A DNA stretch of 64,000 bases, from NCBI GenBank assembly GCA_902627615.1, contig CACOJW010000001.1, positions 71,342-135,341 of the forward strand, given 5' to 3'. A program made the position numbers and the translations under genes. Positions 49,761-59,739 of this stretch are shown here, one piece after another. The number at the start of each line of letters is the position of its first letter. Positions within the stretch are counted from its first letter, which is position 1. The notes beneath the pieces are model-generated. The model saw nothing but the letters and a program-made list of their open reading frames with translations. It did no database searches and was not told the origin of the DNA. Source of the stretch: an uncultured marine group III euryarchaeote. Its GTDB lineage: Archaea; Thermoplasmatota; Poseidoniia; MGIII; CG-Epi1.

Positions 49761-51062
49761 ATGTTGCATATTGGAATGGATGATACCGATTCAGTTGAAG
49801 GAGGCTGTACTACTTGGTTAGCAACTGAGGTAATCAAAGAATTATCTGATTTTGATTTAATAGGCTGCCCTCGTTTAGTTCGATTAAATCCAAATGTTCC
49901 ATGGAAGACAAGAGGAAATGGTGCAGTATCATTTACTTTTGGGAAGGGTAAAGGTAATAAGAAAAAAATAGGGGAAATTGATGGTTCTAATATTTTTTCT
50001 TTTGAAAATGGAGTATCAATTGATTACAACGGTCGGGAGATATTAGAAAGAATAAAGGCAGTAGTTCTGCAACATTCCCATCCAGATTCAGAGCCAGGAA
50101 TTGTAGTATCTGATGTTTTTTTGCCAGAGGGTTTGTATTGGCAGGGTGTAGCAGACATTGTCACTGAGGACATATTATCAGATGCACTTCACGGCACAAT
50201 TTTTCTTGGTTTCAGAGGCTCCAGAGGAGTCTGCGGGGCAGCATGTTCTTTAGCTTGGTCAGGAACTTCACATAATATGAATGAAATTCCGCATACTTGG
50301 GAATTAATAGGCTACAGAGAAGAATCCAATTGGGGGGGAAATAGAGATATTTCAACAGATTCAGTCAATAAGGTTTCAGACCTTGAAGGAGTTTTTTCCT
50401 GCATCGATTCCGACGGAAAAATAGCCATGGTTCCCAATTCACCTTGCCCCGTTTTATGGGGTTTTAGAGGTACAGAGGATTCGGTACTAATTGATAATTT
50501 TCACAATCTTGGTCCTGAAAAGCCAGTACGCTGGCTTCTTTACAGAACAAACCAAGCTACTGATGATCATCTTCGTTCTAAAGAAATATTAAACGTAAAA
50601 GAGGGAGACTGCATACGAGTAGAAGTAGCAGTTTCTTCAGTTCCAGAAACAATAGAAGGAGGTCACAGATTCTTTAGTGTCAAAGACTCTTTCGGCGAAA
50701 TGATAAAATGTGCGGCCTTTGAACCGTCAAAGGATTTCAGACACATAATCGATAAATTAGAAGTTGGAGATAAATTGATTGTTTGCGGTAGTGTTAATAA
50801 TGACACATTAAACCTTGAGAAGATAAAAATTTTAGATCTTGTTACTAGATATTCTAAGCCCCCTAATCCAATATGTGAATGTGGCAAAAGAACACATTCT
50901 TCAGGTAAAAATTCATACTATCGTTGCAAGGCATGTGGTAAAAAATATTCAAGACCTGAGTTGATTGCCTTTGAATCAGAATTAGAATTAGGTTGGTATG
51001 AACCGCCGGCTTCGTCTAGGAGGCATTTATCTACTCCTGCATCAATGATGTTGAAATTATGA
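49761..51062 (+). CDS. tiaS: tRNA(Ile2)-agmatinylcytidine synthase
   Basis: IGMDDTDS..GGCTT, LVRLNPNVPWKTRGNG, TNQATDDH, OB fold CAAFEP, Zn ribbon and RRHLS. Confidence 0.95.
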   Translation: MLHIGMDDTDSVEGGCTTWLATEVIKELSDFDLIGCPRLVRLNPNVPWKTRGNGAVSFTFGKGKGNKKKIGEIDGSNIFSFENGVSIDYNGREILERIKAVVLQHSHPDSEPGIVVSDVFLPEGLYWQGVADIVTEDILSDALHGTIFLGFRGSRGVCGAACSLAWSGTSHNMNEIPHTWELIGYREESNWGGNRDISTDSVNKVSDLEGVFSCIDSDGKIAMVPNSPCPVLWGFRGTEDSVLIDNFHNLGPEKPVRWLLYRTNQATDDHLRSKEILNVKEGDCIRVEVAVSSVPETIEGGHRFFSVKDSFGEMIKCAAFEPSKDFRHIIDKLEVGDKLIVCGSVNNDTLNLEKIKILDLVTRYSKPPNPICECGKRTHSSGKNSYYRCKACGKKYSRPELIAFESELELGWYEPPASSRRHLSTPASMMLKL

Positions 51063-51961
51063 ATGCTGATAATCAAGAAAAAAGATTAGCCTATTTTGGA
51101 TTATTAATAGGAATATTTGCAATTTCAACTTCTGCAATTTTAATACGTTGGAGTAATAGTGATCCTTTAGTTATTGGCTCATACAGGCAAACGTTTGCTA
51201 CTTTTCTATTTTTACCATTTTTATTAAGTGATAAATTTAGAGAAATTAAGTCCCTTTCATTTAACGAAATTTTAGAACTTCTTGTAATTGGAGTTCTTTT
51301 AGGTGCACATTTTGGTTTTTGGATATCTTCAGTAAAGGCAACATCTGTTGCAGCTTCAGTACTTTTAGGAACTTGTCACATAGTTTACGTTTCCATCATA
51401 GGTTGGATTATTTTTGGAGAAAAGTTAAATCGAAAAGGAATTTATGGCACAATGTTTTCATTGTTAGGTATAATAATTTTATTTTGGGGAGATTTAGTTG
51501 AAGATCCAGGTAATTTCGAGGGTAATTTATTGGCATTTATTTCAGGCGTACTAGCTGGTTTATATTATTTAGGAGGGCGTAAACATCGTAAAAAAATTAG
51601 TTTACCTACCTACGCTTTTTTAGTTTATTTTTCGAGTGCACTAACTATGTGGGTTGTTGTTTTATTACAAAATTTAGAATATAGAGAAATATCAAATTCT
51701 GAATTTCAATTATTCTTCGTAATGGCGTTAGTACCTACATTATTAGGACATACAATGCAAAATTGGGCACTGGCATTTTTACCGGCCTACATAATATCAA
51801 TAACTTTACTTGCTGAACCAATAGGCTCTGGATTATTAGCATGGTATTTCTTTAATGAAGTTCCCAGTTTCGGAGTTATTTTAGGCGGATTAATAGTCCT
51901 AATTGGAGTTTATAACGTAGCAGTTTCTGAGATTGATTCTAATTCAACAAATCAGACTTGA
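51059..51961 (+). CDS. DMT/EamA family transporter
   Basis: About ten TM helices in two repeats, with HFGFW...TSVA, GHTMQNWAL and LAEPIGS. Confidence 0.9.
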   Translation: MNADNQEKRLAYFGLLIGIFAISTSAILIRWSNSDPLVIGSYRQTFATFLFLPFLLSDKFREIKSLSFNEILELLVIGVLLGAHFGFWISSVKATSVAASVLLGTCHIVYVSIIGWIIFGEKLNRKGIYGTMFSLLGIIILFWGDLVEDPGNFEGNLLAFISGVLAGLYYLGGRKHRKKISLPTYAFLVYFSSALTMWVVVLLQNLEYREISNSEFQLFFVMALVPTLLGHTMQNWALAFLPAYIISITLLAEPIGSGLLAWYFFNEVPSFGVILGGLIVLIGVYNVAVSEIDSNSTNQT

Positions 51962-52244
51962 GTTTTTCAAATTCTCTTCTAGTAATAACTCCCGTCTTTC
52001 TTAATGAGTCTAATTCCTGAATTCTCCTTAAGTTGGGATTATTTTCTTCTCTTGATTTTTGTTTATTTTCTCTTTTTAATTCCTTAATTTTCGTATCTAT
52101 TTTTTCTTTTCTATTCTTTCTTTCAGCTAACTCTTTTAGAATAGTTGCAGCCATTTCTAGTTCTTCAGAACCAGATATTTTTGCTAAAGCCTCGCTTGCT
52201 TCGTTTTTCTTTTTTTTTCGCACAACTCGTTTTTTGATTGCCAT
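51939..52244 (-). CDS. Small basic coiled-coil protein with C-terminal SHOCT domain
   Basis: C-terminal IQELDSLRKTGVITRREFEKLKSDLL. Confidence 0.75.
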   Translation of the reverse strand: MAIKKRVVRKKKKNEASEALAKISGSEELEMAATILKELAERKNRKEKIDTKIKELKRENKQKSREENNPNLRRIQELDSLRKTGVITRREFEKLKSDLLN

Positions 52245-52325
52245 TTGTTTTTTTATTCATTATAAACTCATAAATAAATGTTAAAGTCGTGTTAAACGTT
52301 TAAAACACCCGCCTGTTGTCAAGGC

Positions 52326-53219
52326 ATGTCGGATATAACACTTCTTGGTGGCGAAGAACTCAAGATGAAATTACGTCCACACATGTTTTCATTTTTTAAT
52401 CTATATTTTGTATTCTTTTTACTCTTATTATGGGGATATTGGATTTATGATTTTTTTACAAGAGAATCATTTACAAATATTCCAGCTTACGAATTTTTAA
52501 TCGGCATTCCATTTATCAACGAAGTAACGGTCGGAGCTTTGTGTTGGTCTTTGGGCCTTTTCATTGTAGGTTTTGCAGCACGTTATTTTTTCATGGACTC
52601 GGGAGGTCAAGGTATTTTCTTACTTTATTCAGGTATAGCTGTTTTTGGAATTTTAGTCTTATCATTTCATCAGTGGAAAAATTTAGATCTTTTAGGAGAT
52701 ACAATGGAGTTTGGTAGGATATTTATTCCAGGAATAACTTTTGCAGTCTCAATTATAGGAATTATGTTGGTAGATGCCTATCGTCGCTCATTTACGTACT
52801 TTTTAACAGATAATAGAATTGTTTTGAAGAGTAATTTTCTTATGAGTCGCAGTGAAAGGCAAGTACGCTATAACCATATAGAAGATATAAAGTTAGAGCA
52901 AGGAATTATTGGTAGCATATTCGGATATGGAACAGTTTTGCCCTTAACTGGTTCAGGTTTAGGAACTGGAACAGATGAATCTATGGTGGTGGCAGGAGCA
53001 GGTTCAGATGTAAAAGGTCTAGGAAGCATTGGGCTTGCAGGTGGAACGCGCAGTTCATCAAAGAAAGTACGTCATAATCCAAATGACTGCTTGTATGGTG
53101 TTCCTTCCCCTGGGAAAGTAAGGGATTTGATTACTGAAAACATTCAAGCAGATACTGGGGTAGAGCATTTGAAAAATATAAAAGAGCTCTTAAGTCAACA
53201 AGACGAAAACGAAGAATAA
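52326..53219 (+). CDS. Membrane protein with bacterial PH-like (bPH_2) domain
   Basis: Four TM helices followed by YFLTDNRIV...IEDIKLEQGIIGSIFGYGTV. Confidence 0.8.
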   Translation: MSDITLLGGEELKMKLRPHMFSFFNLYFVFFLLLLWGYWIYDFFTRESFTNIPAYEFLIGIPFINEVTVGALCWSLGLFIVGFAARYFFMDSGGQGIFLLYSGIAVFGILVLSFHQWKNLDLLGDTMEFGRIFIPGITFAVSIIGIMLVDAYRRSFTYFLTDNRIVLKSNFLMSRSERQVRYNHIEDIKLEQGIIGSIFGYGTVLPLTGSGLGTGTDESMVVAGAGSDVKGLGSIGLAGGTRSSSKKVRHNPNDCLYGVPSPGKVRDLITENIQADTGVEHLKNIKELLSQQDENEE

Positions 53220-53654
53220 TTATCCCGTTTTTATATTTATTTTAGCTTCTTTTAGCATATTAAGAGAAAGATTGAAATCTTCCATCCATCTATCAGGTAT
53301 TTCGATATCTTTAGGATAGATAATTGTTGATACTCCTGCCTGAATAAGAGATCTAGCACACCTAGTACATGGGGGCCACGTGACGTAAGCAGTACAATCT
53401 TTTAGAGAAATCCCTATTCTGGCAGCATGCATTATTGCATTTTCTTCTGCATGGCAAATAAGAGGATATTTTATTTCTCTGTTATTTAATCTTTCATCAT
53501 TATCTTCAATACCTCTAGGCAATCCATTAAATCCTGTGCTTCGAATTTCACGGTCTGGACCAACGACAACGCACCCCACTTTAGTGGAGGGATCTTTACT
53601 CCATTCAGAAATATGTTTCGCTAAATTTAGAAATCGTTGGTCCCAGTTAGTCAT
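53220..53654 (-). CDS. dCMP deaminase family protein
   Basis: SKDPSTKVG, GFNG, HAEENAI and PCTRC motifs. Confidence 0.93.
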   Translation of the reverse strand: MTNWDQRFLNLAKHISEWSKDPSTKVGCVVVGPDREIRSTGFNGLPRGIEDNDERLNNREIKYPLICHAEENAIMHAARIGISLKDCTAYVTWPPCTRCARSLIQAGVSTIIYPKDIEIPDRWMEDFNLSLNMLKEAKINIKTG

Positions 53655-53684
53655 TGTTTTACAGTTCGTAAAGGGCCCATATAG

Positions 53685-54305
53685 TTATGCGTCATTTGTG
53701 GTTAAACAAATTTTACATTCACATTTGGTTTTTCTAGCTTGGCACCATTCTCTTCCATAAAAAATGATTTGTAAATGCAATTTATTCCAAGCTTCTCTCT
53801 TAAATATTCTTTTTAGATCTTTTTCAGTAGTTTCTACATTTTTCCCACTTGATAATCCCCATCTATATGCAAGACGATGAATATGGGTGTCTACAGGAAA
53901 TGCAGGAGTGTTGAAGGCTTGAGCCATAATTACGGAGGCGGTTTTGTGCCCAACTCCAGCCAATTTTTCTAATTCTTCAAAAGTATTTGGCACTTCTCCT
54001 TTGTGATTGCTCAGAAGTTGTTGTGACATTTTTTTAATATTTTTAGCTTTTGTAGGCGCAAGGCCTATTTGTCTTATAATATCACGAATTTCATTTACTT
54101 CAAGCTTGTTCATGTCATCTGGGTTATTTGCTTTTTGAAATAGATTTGGAGTTATTTCATTTACTTTTTTATCAGTACTTTGTGCGCTTAACATAACGGC
54201 AACCAAAAAAGTAAAATTATTTTCGTGATCCAAAGGAATATCTGGATTAGGATATAACTTGTCTAGTTCAGAAGTAATAAATTCAACTTTTTTAGAAAGT
54301 TTCAA
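53685..54305 (-). CDS. nth: Endonuclease III
   Basis: LSAQSTD, HhH motif LAGVGHKTA, VDTHIHR and a C-terminal Cys cluster. Confidence 0.95.
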   Translation of the reverse strand: MKLSKKVEFITSELDKLYPNPDIPLDHENNFTFLVAVMLSAQSTDKKVNEITPNLFQKANNPDDMNKLEVNEIRDIIRQIGLAPTKAKNIKKMSQQLLSNHKGEVPNTFEELEKLAGVGHKTASVIMAQAFNTPAFPVDTHIHRLAYRWGLSSGKNVETTEKDLKRIFKREAWNKLHLQIIFYGREWCQARKTKCECKICLTTNDA

Positions 54306-54313
54306 TTTTTCCC

Positions 54314-55087
54314 CTATTTACCTTTAAAATTTGGTTTTCTTTTTTCAATAAAAGCAGTAATTCCCTCTTCCCCATCCTCAGAATTGAGACACTCAATAAA
54401 CATTTCTCTTTCTAATTTCAATCCATCTTTTAGGTTCATTTCAGAAACTGCCTTGACGCTCTTTTTTGCACGTTCGACGGCGTATTTTGATTTCTCTCCA
54501 ATAGTATTTGCAATTTGAATTGCCTCATCCATCAAATCATCAGAATCATAAACAAAATTTACGATTCCATAACTGAATGCCTCTTCAGCAGTTATCATTC
54601 TTCCGGTTAGAATCATTTCCATTGCTCTACCTTCCCCTATTAATCTTGTAAGTCTTTGAGTTCCACCAGCTCCAGGTATAATTCCGATGTTAATCTCAGG
54701 TTGTCCTAGCTTTGATCTATCGCTTGCAATTCTTAAGTCGCAAGACATGGCTAACTCTAATCCACCACCCAAGCAAAAACCATCAATAACTGCAATTACT
54801 GGTTTTTTTAAATTAGAAATTATAGTCGTAACAATCCAATCTTCTTCTAATTGTTTTTCAGTTTCAATTGTTTGATTTAAAAATTCTTTAATATCAGCAC
54901 CAGCGATGAATGCTTTTCCTTCTGAACCGGTCAGTAGGATAACAGCAATATCTTTGTCATTTTCTAGCAAGTTGAACGCTTCAGCTAATTCAGACCTTGT
55001 TAGAGAATTCATACTATTCATTTGTTTAGGTCTGTTGACTGTTACGATTCCAATCTTCCCGCTTTTTTCGATTAGTACATTTTCCAT
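54314..55087 (-). CDS. Enoyl-CoA hydratase/isomerase (crotonase)
   Basis: AFIAGADI, GGGLELA, GQPEINIGIIPGAGGTQRL and AFIEKRKP motifs. Confidence 0.95.
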   Translation of the reverse strand: MENVLIEKSGKIGIVTVNRPKQMNSMNSLTRSELAEAFNLLENDKDIAVILLTGSEGKAFIAGADIKEFLNQTIETEKQLEEDWIVTTIISNLKKPVIAVIDGFCLGGGLELAMSCDLRIASDRSKLGQPEINIGIIPGAGGTQRLTRLIGEGRAMEMILTGRMITAEEAFSYGIVNFVYDSDDLMDEAIQIANTIGEKSKYAVERAKKSVKAVSEMNLKDGLKLEREMFIECLNSEDGEEGITAFIEKRKPNFKGK

Positions 55088-55088
55088 A

Positions 55089-58000
55089 TTATTTTCCCTC
55101 TAATTCATCGAAGACTCCACATGACGGACAAGAGCTATCTTCGGCCATTTCAAACATTGCACCGCACGCGTTGCATAGAAATTCTCCATCCATTTGAGTA
55201 AAATTAGATTTACTTTCATTTTTGTCCACAATCTCTTGTGATTCATCAACAATAGCTACTTCGGTAACAATATTTTCAGCAGTATTTTTACCAACGAAAT
55301 AATATGCAGTACCGGCCAAAGAAATTAGTCCTACTAATCCAGCACCGATAAAAATTATATTATTTGTTTTCTCATTACCACTTTCTTCTACAACTTCTTG
55401 CTCTGTTTCAAATACAATAAATCCAGTTTCATTTTCAGATTCTAAATCCATCCTGTCGACTGCAACAACTGAATAATAATACTTGTAACCAATATCTACA
55501 CTAGAATCTCTATACGATAAGTAAAGTTCACCAGATTCTAATTCTCCAACCAAAGTCTTATTGTTGTTATCATTGACAGACCTATATATTCGGTATTTTG
55601 TTAAATCTTGCGATTGGGAAGACATAAAGGAAATAACTACATCGGTGGTTCCATTTTTTACAATTTTGGTATCGCTAATTTCAAGGTTTCTAATTTTTTG
55701 AGGAGGGTCTTGATCAACGATTAGTTCTTGATAGCTTTCATTTAGGATATGATTCCTCGCAAAATCATATGCTACAATTTTAAAATAATAATGGAATTGA
55801 TTGTTTAGCGGAATTGTGACGGGAAAGTCAGAAATAGTATAATCGCCGTATTTGTCCCAATTAATTGGTATAGTCTCTTGGTTTTCTCTAACTACTGAAT
55901 AGTAAAGAGTTACATTGAAAGTATCCTCTAAGTTATCCAGATCAATTTCAACAGAATTATTGGAAGTTAAGGGAGGTATTTTCTTAATATTAGTATTTGG
56001 AGCTACAGTGTCTACAGTAATAGTTTCACTTATATTAGAGATACCTTGATTTCCAGCTTCATCTGATGTAATAATTCTAAACTGATATTCTCCGTTTACT
56101 GGAACATTAAATCCCACCCATTTAGCTAAACTATTTTCCTCAATATTAGTCCAGTTACCTTCATTTAGACGGTATTGTGCAGTATATCCCGTTATATTCG
56201 GATGCTTAACGTCCCATTCGATTTCTATGTAATCTAGATTAATTACGTTGCTATCAGTTCTTAGGTTTATTGTAGCATAAGGTGCAGAAGTATCAACAAT
56301 TGTTTGAGTATCGTATTTATTCTCTTTATTTTCTACTAAACCTTCGTTGTCTCCCCCAATAGATCTAAATCTGTATCTATACCCATCCATAGCGTCTGTA
56401 AAAGTTCCAGAAGATTGCTCTGAACTAAAGTTTTGCCATACAACCCATTCACTCCATGAAGCACCGTTTGTTCCTCCATCTGTAATATATTCTATAATGA
56501 AATATTTAGTATCATTACCCATAATTTCATTATTTTTGTACCAATCTTCAACAAACCACCTAACCTCAAAAGAGGAATTATTTACTAATGCTTCAGATTC
56601 AGCGTAGGTTCCGGGAGGCAAAGTATCTGGAATAACGTATAATTTTGCAATTACATAAGTTTCAGTATCTAATTCAGAGCTTGCATTTCTCGAGCTAATA
56701 GTGATACTAATGTTTCCTATTGAAAATTCATTTATGTAGTCTGTAAGTTTTATTTTTAATTCTATATTTCTATCCTGATTGTATGGTATTTCCAAGACTT
56801 CGTTGTAACTTACAACATTAAAGGCCACAGTATCGTTTAATGAAACAAAAATGTCATAAGTATCTTTTACATTTCCTTTATTTATAACCCAAACAGTGAA
56901 TACGTATTCTTCATCATCAATGTCTTTCTCAGAAATAGGAACCATAACCTCAAAATCATATGTTTCATTTACTTTCAGTTGTAATTCCATGTTAACTTCT
57001 TCAAATCCCCACAAGCTAGATTTTAGTTTTAAAGTTTCAATTTCAAGATCTAACCATTGTTGATTATTTCCGCCTTGATATGTTTCATCACGTCCTGCGA
57101 TGGCTAGTAAATTTTCGCCTTCTTTCAGCCAAGAGGTGTCAAATGTTACTTCAGTGTCCCAATAATCTCCTTCACCATAACATTGCCAACTCCAGCTCAG
57201 GCAATCCTCAATTAATTCGCCATTAAGATACGCACGATAATAGTTGTCAGCAGCGATGTTTATGCGTATTTGACTGAAATTTAGGTCCCCGTCATAATTG
57301 AACAAGTGTCTAGCTGCAATATAGGTATAATTGTCATTGCTAGTTTGCCATATAGTATTTGGTTCGTTTCCGTTTAAATCGTCATCACCAAATGGTGCAG
57401 CTCCAGTGTTCCAGCTAGAATCATCATAATCAAAGGTGTAAAAGTCATTGGGAAAATCACTAGCATTCCATATTCTATAGATGTATTCGGTAGATGCACT
57501 AACTCCTGATTCAACTATTGTATTGGTAGTTTGTGAATAATATTGAGATCTTATTATGGGATACAGTGAATAATTTCCAGCGGGTGCGTCATCGCTTGTT
57601 GTAACATTTAATGTTATGTTTGCAATTTCATTGGGTTGTAAATTTGCTACAAAAGGGGAAAAAGTGTATTGCCAATCATTTGGAATCCCTGAAAGATAAA
57701 ATGAAAAGTTGTCATTAACATCACCTTCATTTCTCACAGTAAAGTGAAATTGAGTCGTTTCGTCTAATTCAGATGTTTCATACGAGCTTGAAAAATTTAT
57801 ACTGTATGCGTAATAGCCTACGTGTATTGTTTTCGTTAAACTTTGATCTAAAATAGTTGCAGTTAAATTATGCATACCAAGTCTACTAGGAGTCCATGGA
57901 ACTTTCCACTCATAGGTTTCATTATTTACTATATCTATAGTTTCATAGGCTGTTTCACTATCTTCAAATTGCAGTGTTACATTTACTTCGGTTTTATTTT

Positions 58001-58730
58001 CACTATCTCCATTAAAGAAATCAACTTTAATAATTAAATCATCACCTAAAATAATTGGTACATCTTTCCAAGTCTGAACCCTTATGTCTATCTCACCATC
58101 TAACCAGGTAGTATTATCTCCACCTTGCCAAAGACTGTCTCTTCCAACCAAAACGAGAGTATTATTTCCATTAATGAAAAAATTAGTATTGATGTCGATA
58201 TCTTTATTCCAATATTCGGCATCACCCTCGTAGCAGTATCCACTATAATTTAGGCAGTCTTCTATTTCTTGTCCGTTTAAGAAAGCAGCATAGTAATTAG
58301 TGTAGGCGGATTTTATTGTTCCACTAAGTATTACAGATACATCTTCTATCACAAAATCTTTTCTTAAAATTATAAAGTCCTTGTTTCCATCATTTCCTCC
58401 AGCATCTTCTGACTGCCATATTGTTCCAGGGGTTATTCCTTCATGTTGTTTATTACCAAAAGGGGCATTCCCAATATCCCATTCTCCATCATCAAATGTG
58501 ATTTCTTTCCAATCTTCAGGAAAGTCTTCGTCATTATCGAAGATGCGGTATCTGTATTCGGTCCCTTCATCTTTTCCACTTGATACTACCGTAATTGCTT
58601 CTCCGTTTTCAAAGTCATTTGTGTATTTTATGCTGTTTACTACAACATCAGAATCGTCTGCAGCAGTATAACTAGACAAAAATACAATAACGGCAGTTGC
58701 TAAAATTATTTTCAATTGGAAGGAGTACAC
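55089..58730 (-). CDS. Large membrane-anchored surface protein: duplicated sugar-binding-like domains, Ig/FnIII-like repeats, TM, cytoplasmic zinc ribbon
   Basis: Signal peptide, two DD..W..G.APFG domains, FnIII-like YRIYRS...YYYSVVAVD, TM helix and CNACG...CPSCG tail. Confidence 0.8.
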   Translation of the reverse strand: MYSFQLKIILATAVIVFLSSYTAADDSDVVVNSIKYTNDFENGEAITVVSSGKDEGTEYRYRIFDNDEDFPEDWKEITFDDGEWDIGNAPFGNKQHEGITPGTIWQSEDAGGNDGNKDFIILRKDFVIEDVSVILSGTIKSAYTNYYAAFLNGQEIEDCLNYSGYCYEGDAEYWNKDIDINTNFFINGNNTLVLVGRDSLWQGGDNTTWLDGEIDIRVQTWKDVPIILGDDLIIKVDFFNGDSENKTEVNVTLQFEDSETAYETIDIVNNETYEWKVPWTPSRLGMHNLTATILDQSLTKTIHVGYYAYSINFSSSYETSELDETTQFHFTVRNEGDVNDNFSFYLSGIPNDWQYTFSPFVANLQPNEIANITLNVTTSDDAPAGNYSLYPIIRSQYYSQTTNTIVESGVSASTEYIYRIWNASDFPNDFYTFDYDDSSWNTGAAPFGDDDLNGNEPNTIWQTSNDNYTYIAARHLFNYDGDLNFSQIRINIAADNYYRAYLNGELIEDCLSWSWQCYGEGDYWDTEVTFDTSWLKEGENLLAIAGRDETYQGGNNQQWLDLEIETLKLKSSLWGFEEVNMELQLKVNETYDFEVMVPISEKDIDDEEYVFTVWVINKGNVKDTYDIFVSLNDTVAFNVVSYNEVLEIPYNQDRNIELKIKLTDYINEFSIGNISITISSRNASSELDTETYVIAKLYVIPDTLPPGTYAESEALVNNSSFEVRWFVEDWYKNNEIMGNDTKYFIIEYITDGGTNGASWSEWVVWQNFSSEQSSGTFTDAMDGYRYRFRSIGGDNEGLVENKENKYDTQTIVDTSAPYATINLRTDSNVINLDYIEIEWDVKHPNITGYTAQYRLNEGNWTNIEENSLAKWVGFNVPVNGEYQFRIITSDEAGNQGISNISETITVDTVAPNTNIKKIPPLTSNNSVEIDLDNLEDTFNVTLYYSVVRENQETIPINWDKYGDYTISDFPVTIPLNNQFHYYFKIVAYDFARNHILNESYQELIVDQDPPQKIRNLEISDTKIVKNGTTDVVISFMSSQSQDLTKYRIYRSVNDNNNKTLVGELESGELYLSYRDSSVDIGYKYYYSVVAVDRMDLESENETGFIVFETEQEVVEESGNEKTNNIIFIGAGLVGLISLAGTAYYFVGKNTAENIVTEVAIVDESQEIVDKNESKSNFTQMDGEFLCNACGAMFEMAEDSSCPSCGVFDELEGK

Positions 58731-58754
58731 AATTTATGTATTGAAAATGTATAA

Positions 58755-59411
58755 TTAATATTTTGCTACGTTACTGATTACAGGTATTAATTCAGATAAA
58801 TTTCTTGAACGATGATGATAATTTACTTTTTCTATAACTCTAGTATCTTCAGTGTTAACAGCTATACTGAATAGAGATCTTTCAAAGAGAGGTAAATCCA
58901 CAACAGTATCTCCTACAGAGATTACTTCATTCTGTTTTATTTTCATTTCACTTAATAGAGATTCCATTACAGGTCCTTTTGTATTTCCTCTAACATGAAT
59001 TATTGCTTTCAATGATCCATTTTCATCATCAATTATTTCATTAGCTAAGGCTTTTTCCATATTCCATTTCCTAGCCCATTTATCAGCTAAATATTGAATT
59101 CCACCAGATATAATTACAGTAATAATTCCCATTTCGTGCAATGCGTCTATTAATTCTCTAGCACCTTCTATTGGTTCAATTTCATCTAATATTGAATTTA
59201 TATATTTCTCATTTACAGTTTCTTTGGTAGAGCTTTGCCATAGTTTGAAATCTGCTTTTACAAACTCTTTATCAGATATTTTTCTTTCAATATACAATTT
59301 AAGCATTTCAGTATTATCCGTACCAAAATGTTCGTGTATGTATGCCCAGCATGAGCGAGGATGAAGCAATGTTCCATCCATATCAAAGACAACTAATTTG
59401 ATTTTAGTCAT
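58755..59411 (-). CDS. HAD-IB phosphatase, phosphoserine phosphatase-like
   Basis: FDMDGTL, ISGG, K and GDTVVD HAD motifs. Confidence 0.85.
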   Translation of the reverse strand: MTKIKLVVFDMDGTLLHPRSCWAYIHEHFGTDNTEMLKLYIERKISDKEFVKADFKLWQSSTKETVNEKYINSILDEIEPIEGARELIDALHEMGIITVIISGGIQYLADKWARKWNMEKALANEIIDDENGSLKAIIHVRGNTKGPVMESLLSEMKIKQNEVISVGDTVVDLPLFERSLFSIAVNTEDTRVIEKVNYHHRSRNLSELIPVISNVAKY

Positions 59412-59707
59412 TAACCAAATGATGAGCTGAATCTATCACTAGGTCCAGTTTCTCTTTCTAACATCATCTTCATTTGTTCTTTTGACATAGAGTGTGCTTT
59501 CTGTGCCATCTCATATGATTCCTTAGCATCATTTTCACTCATTTCAACTTGAAAGCTTAATCCCGAGAATATAATCGATTCCTTTCCCTTCCCCGGAAAA
59601 ATAGAAATAAGATTGACCTCTGGACTAGATTGGAATTCTACATTTTCAAAGACTTGGGTTTTTCCATCTTCAGGCAGGAATATAGTTATCTTTTTTGCCT
59701 TAAACAT
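59411..59707 (-). CDS. Hypothetical protein
   Basis: 98-aa ORF translationally coupled (TAATG) to the HAD gene. Confidence 0.7.
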   Translation of the reverse strand: MFKAKKITIFLPEDGKTQVFENVEFQSSPEVNLISIFPGKGKESIIFSGLSFQVEMSENDAKESYEMAQKAHSMSKEQMKMMLERETGPSDRFSSSFG

Positions 59708-59739
59708 TATTAGACATCATGGGCCTATTCAAAAAACTT

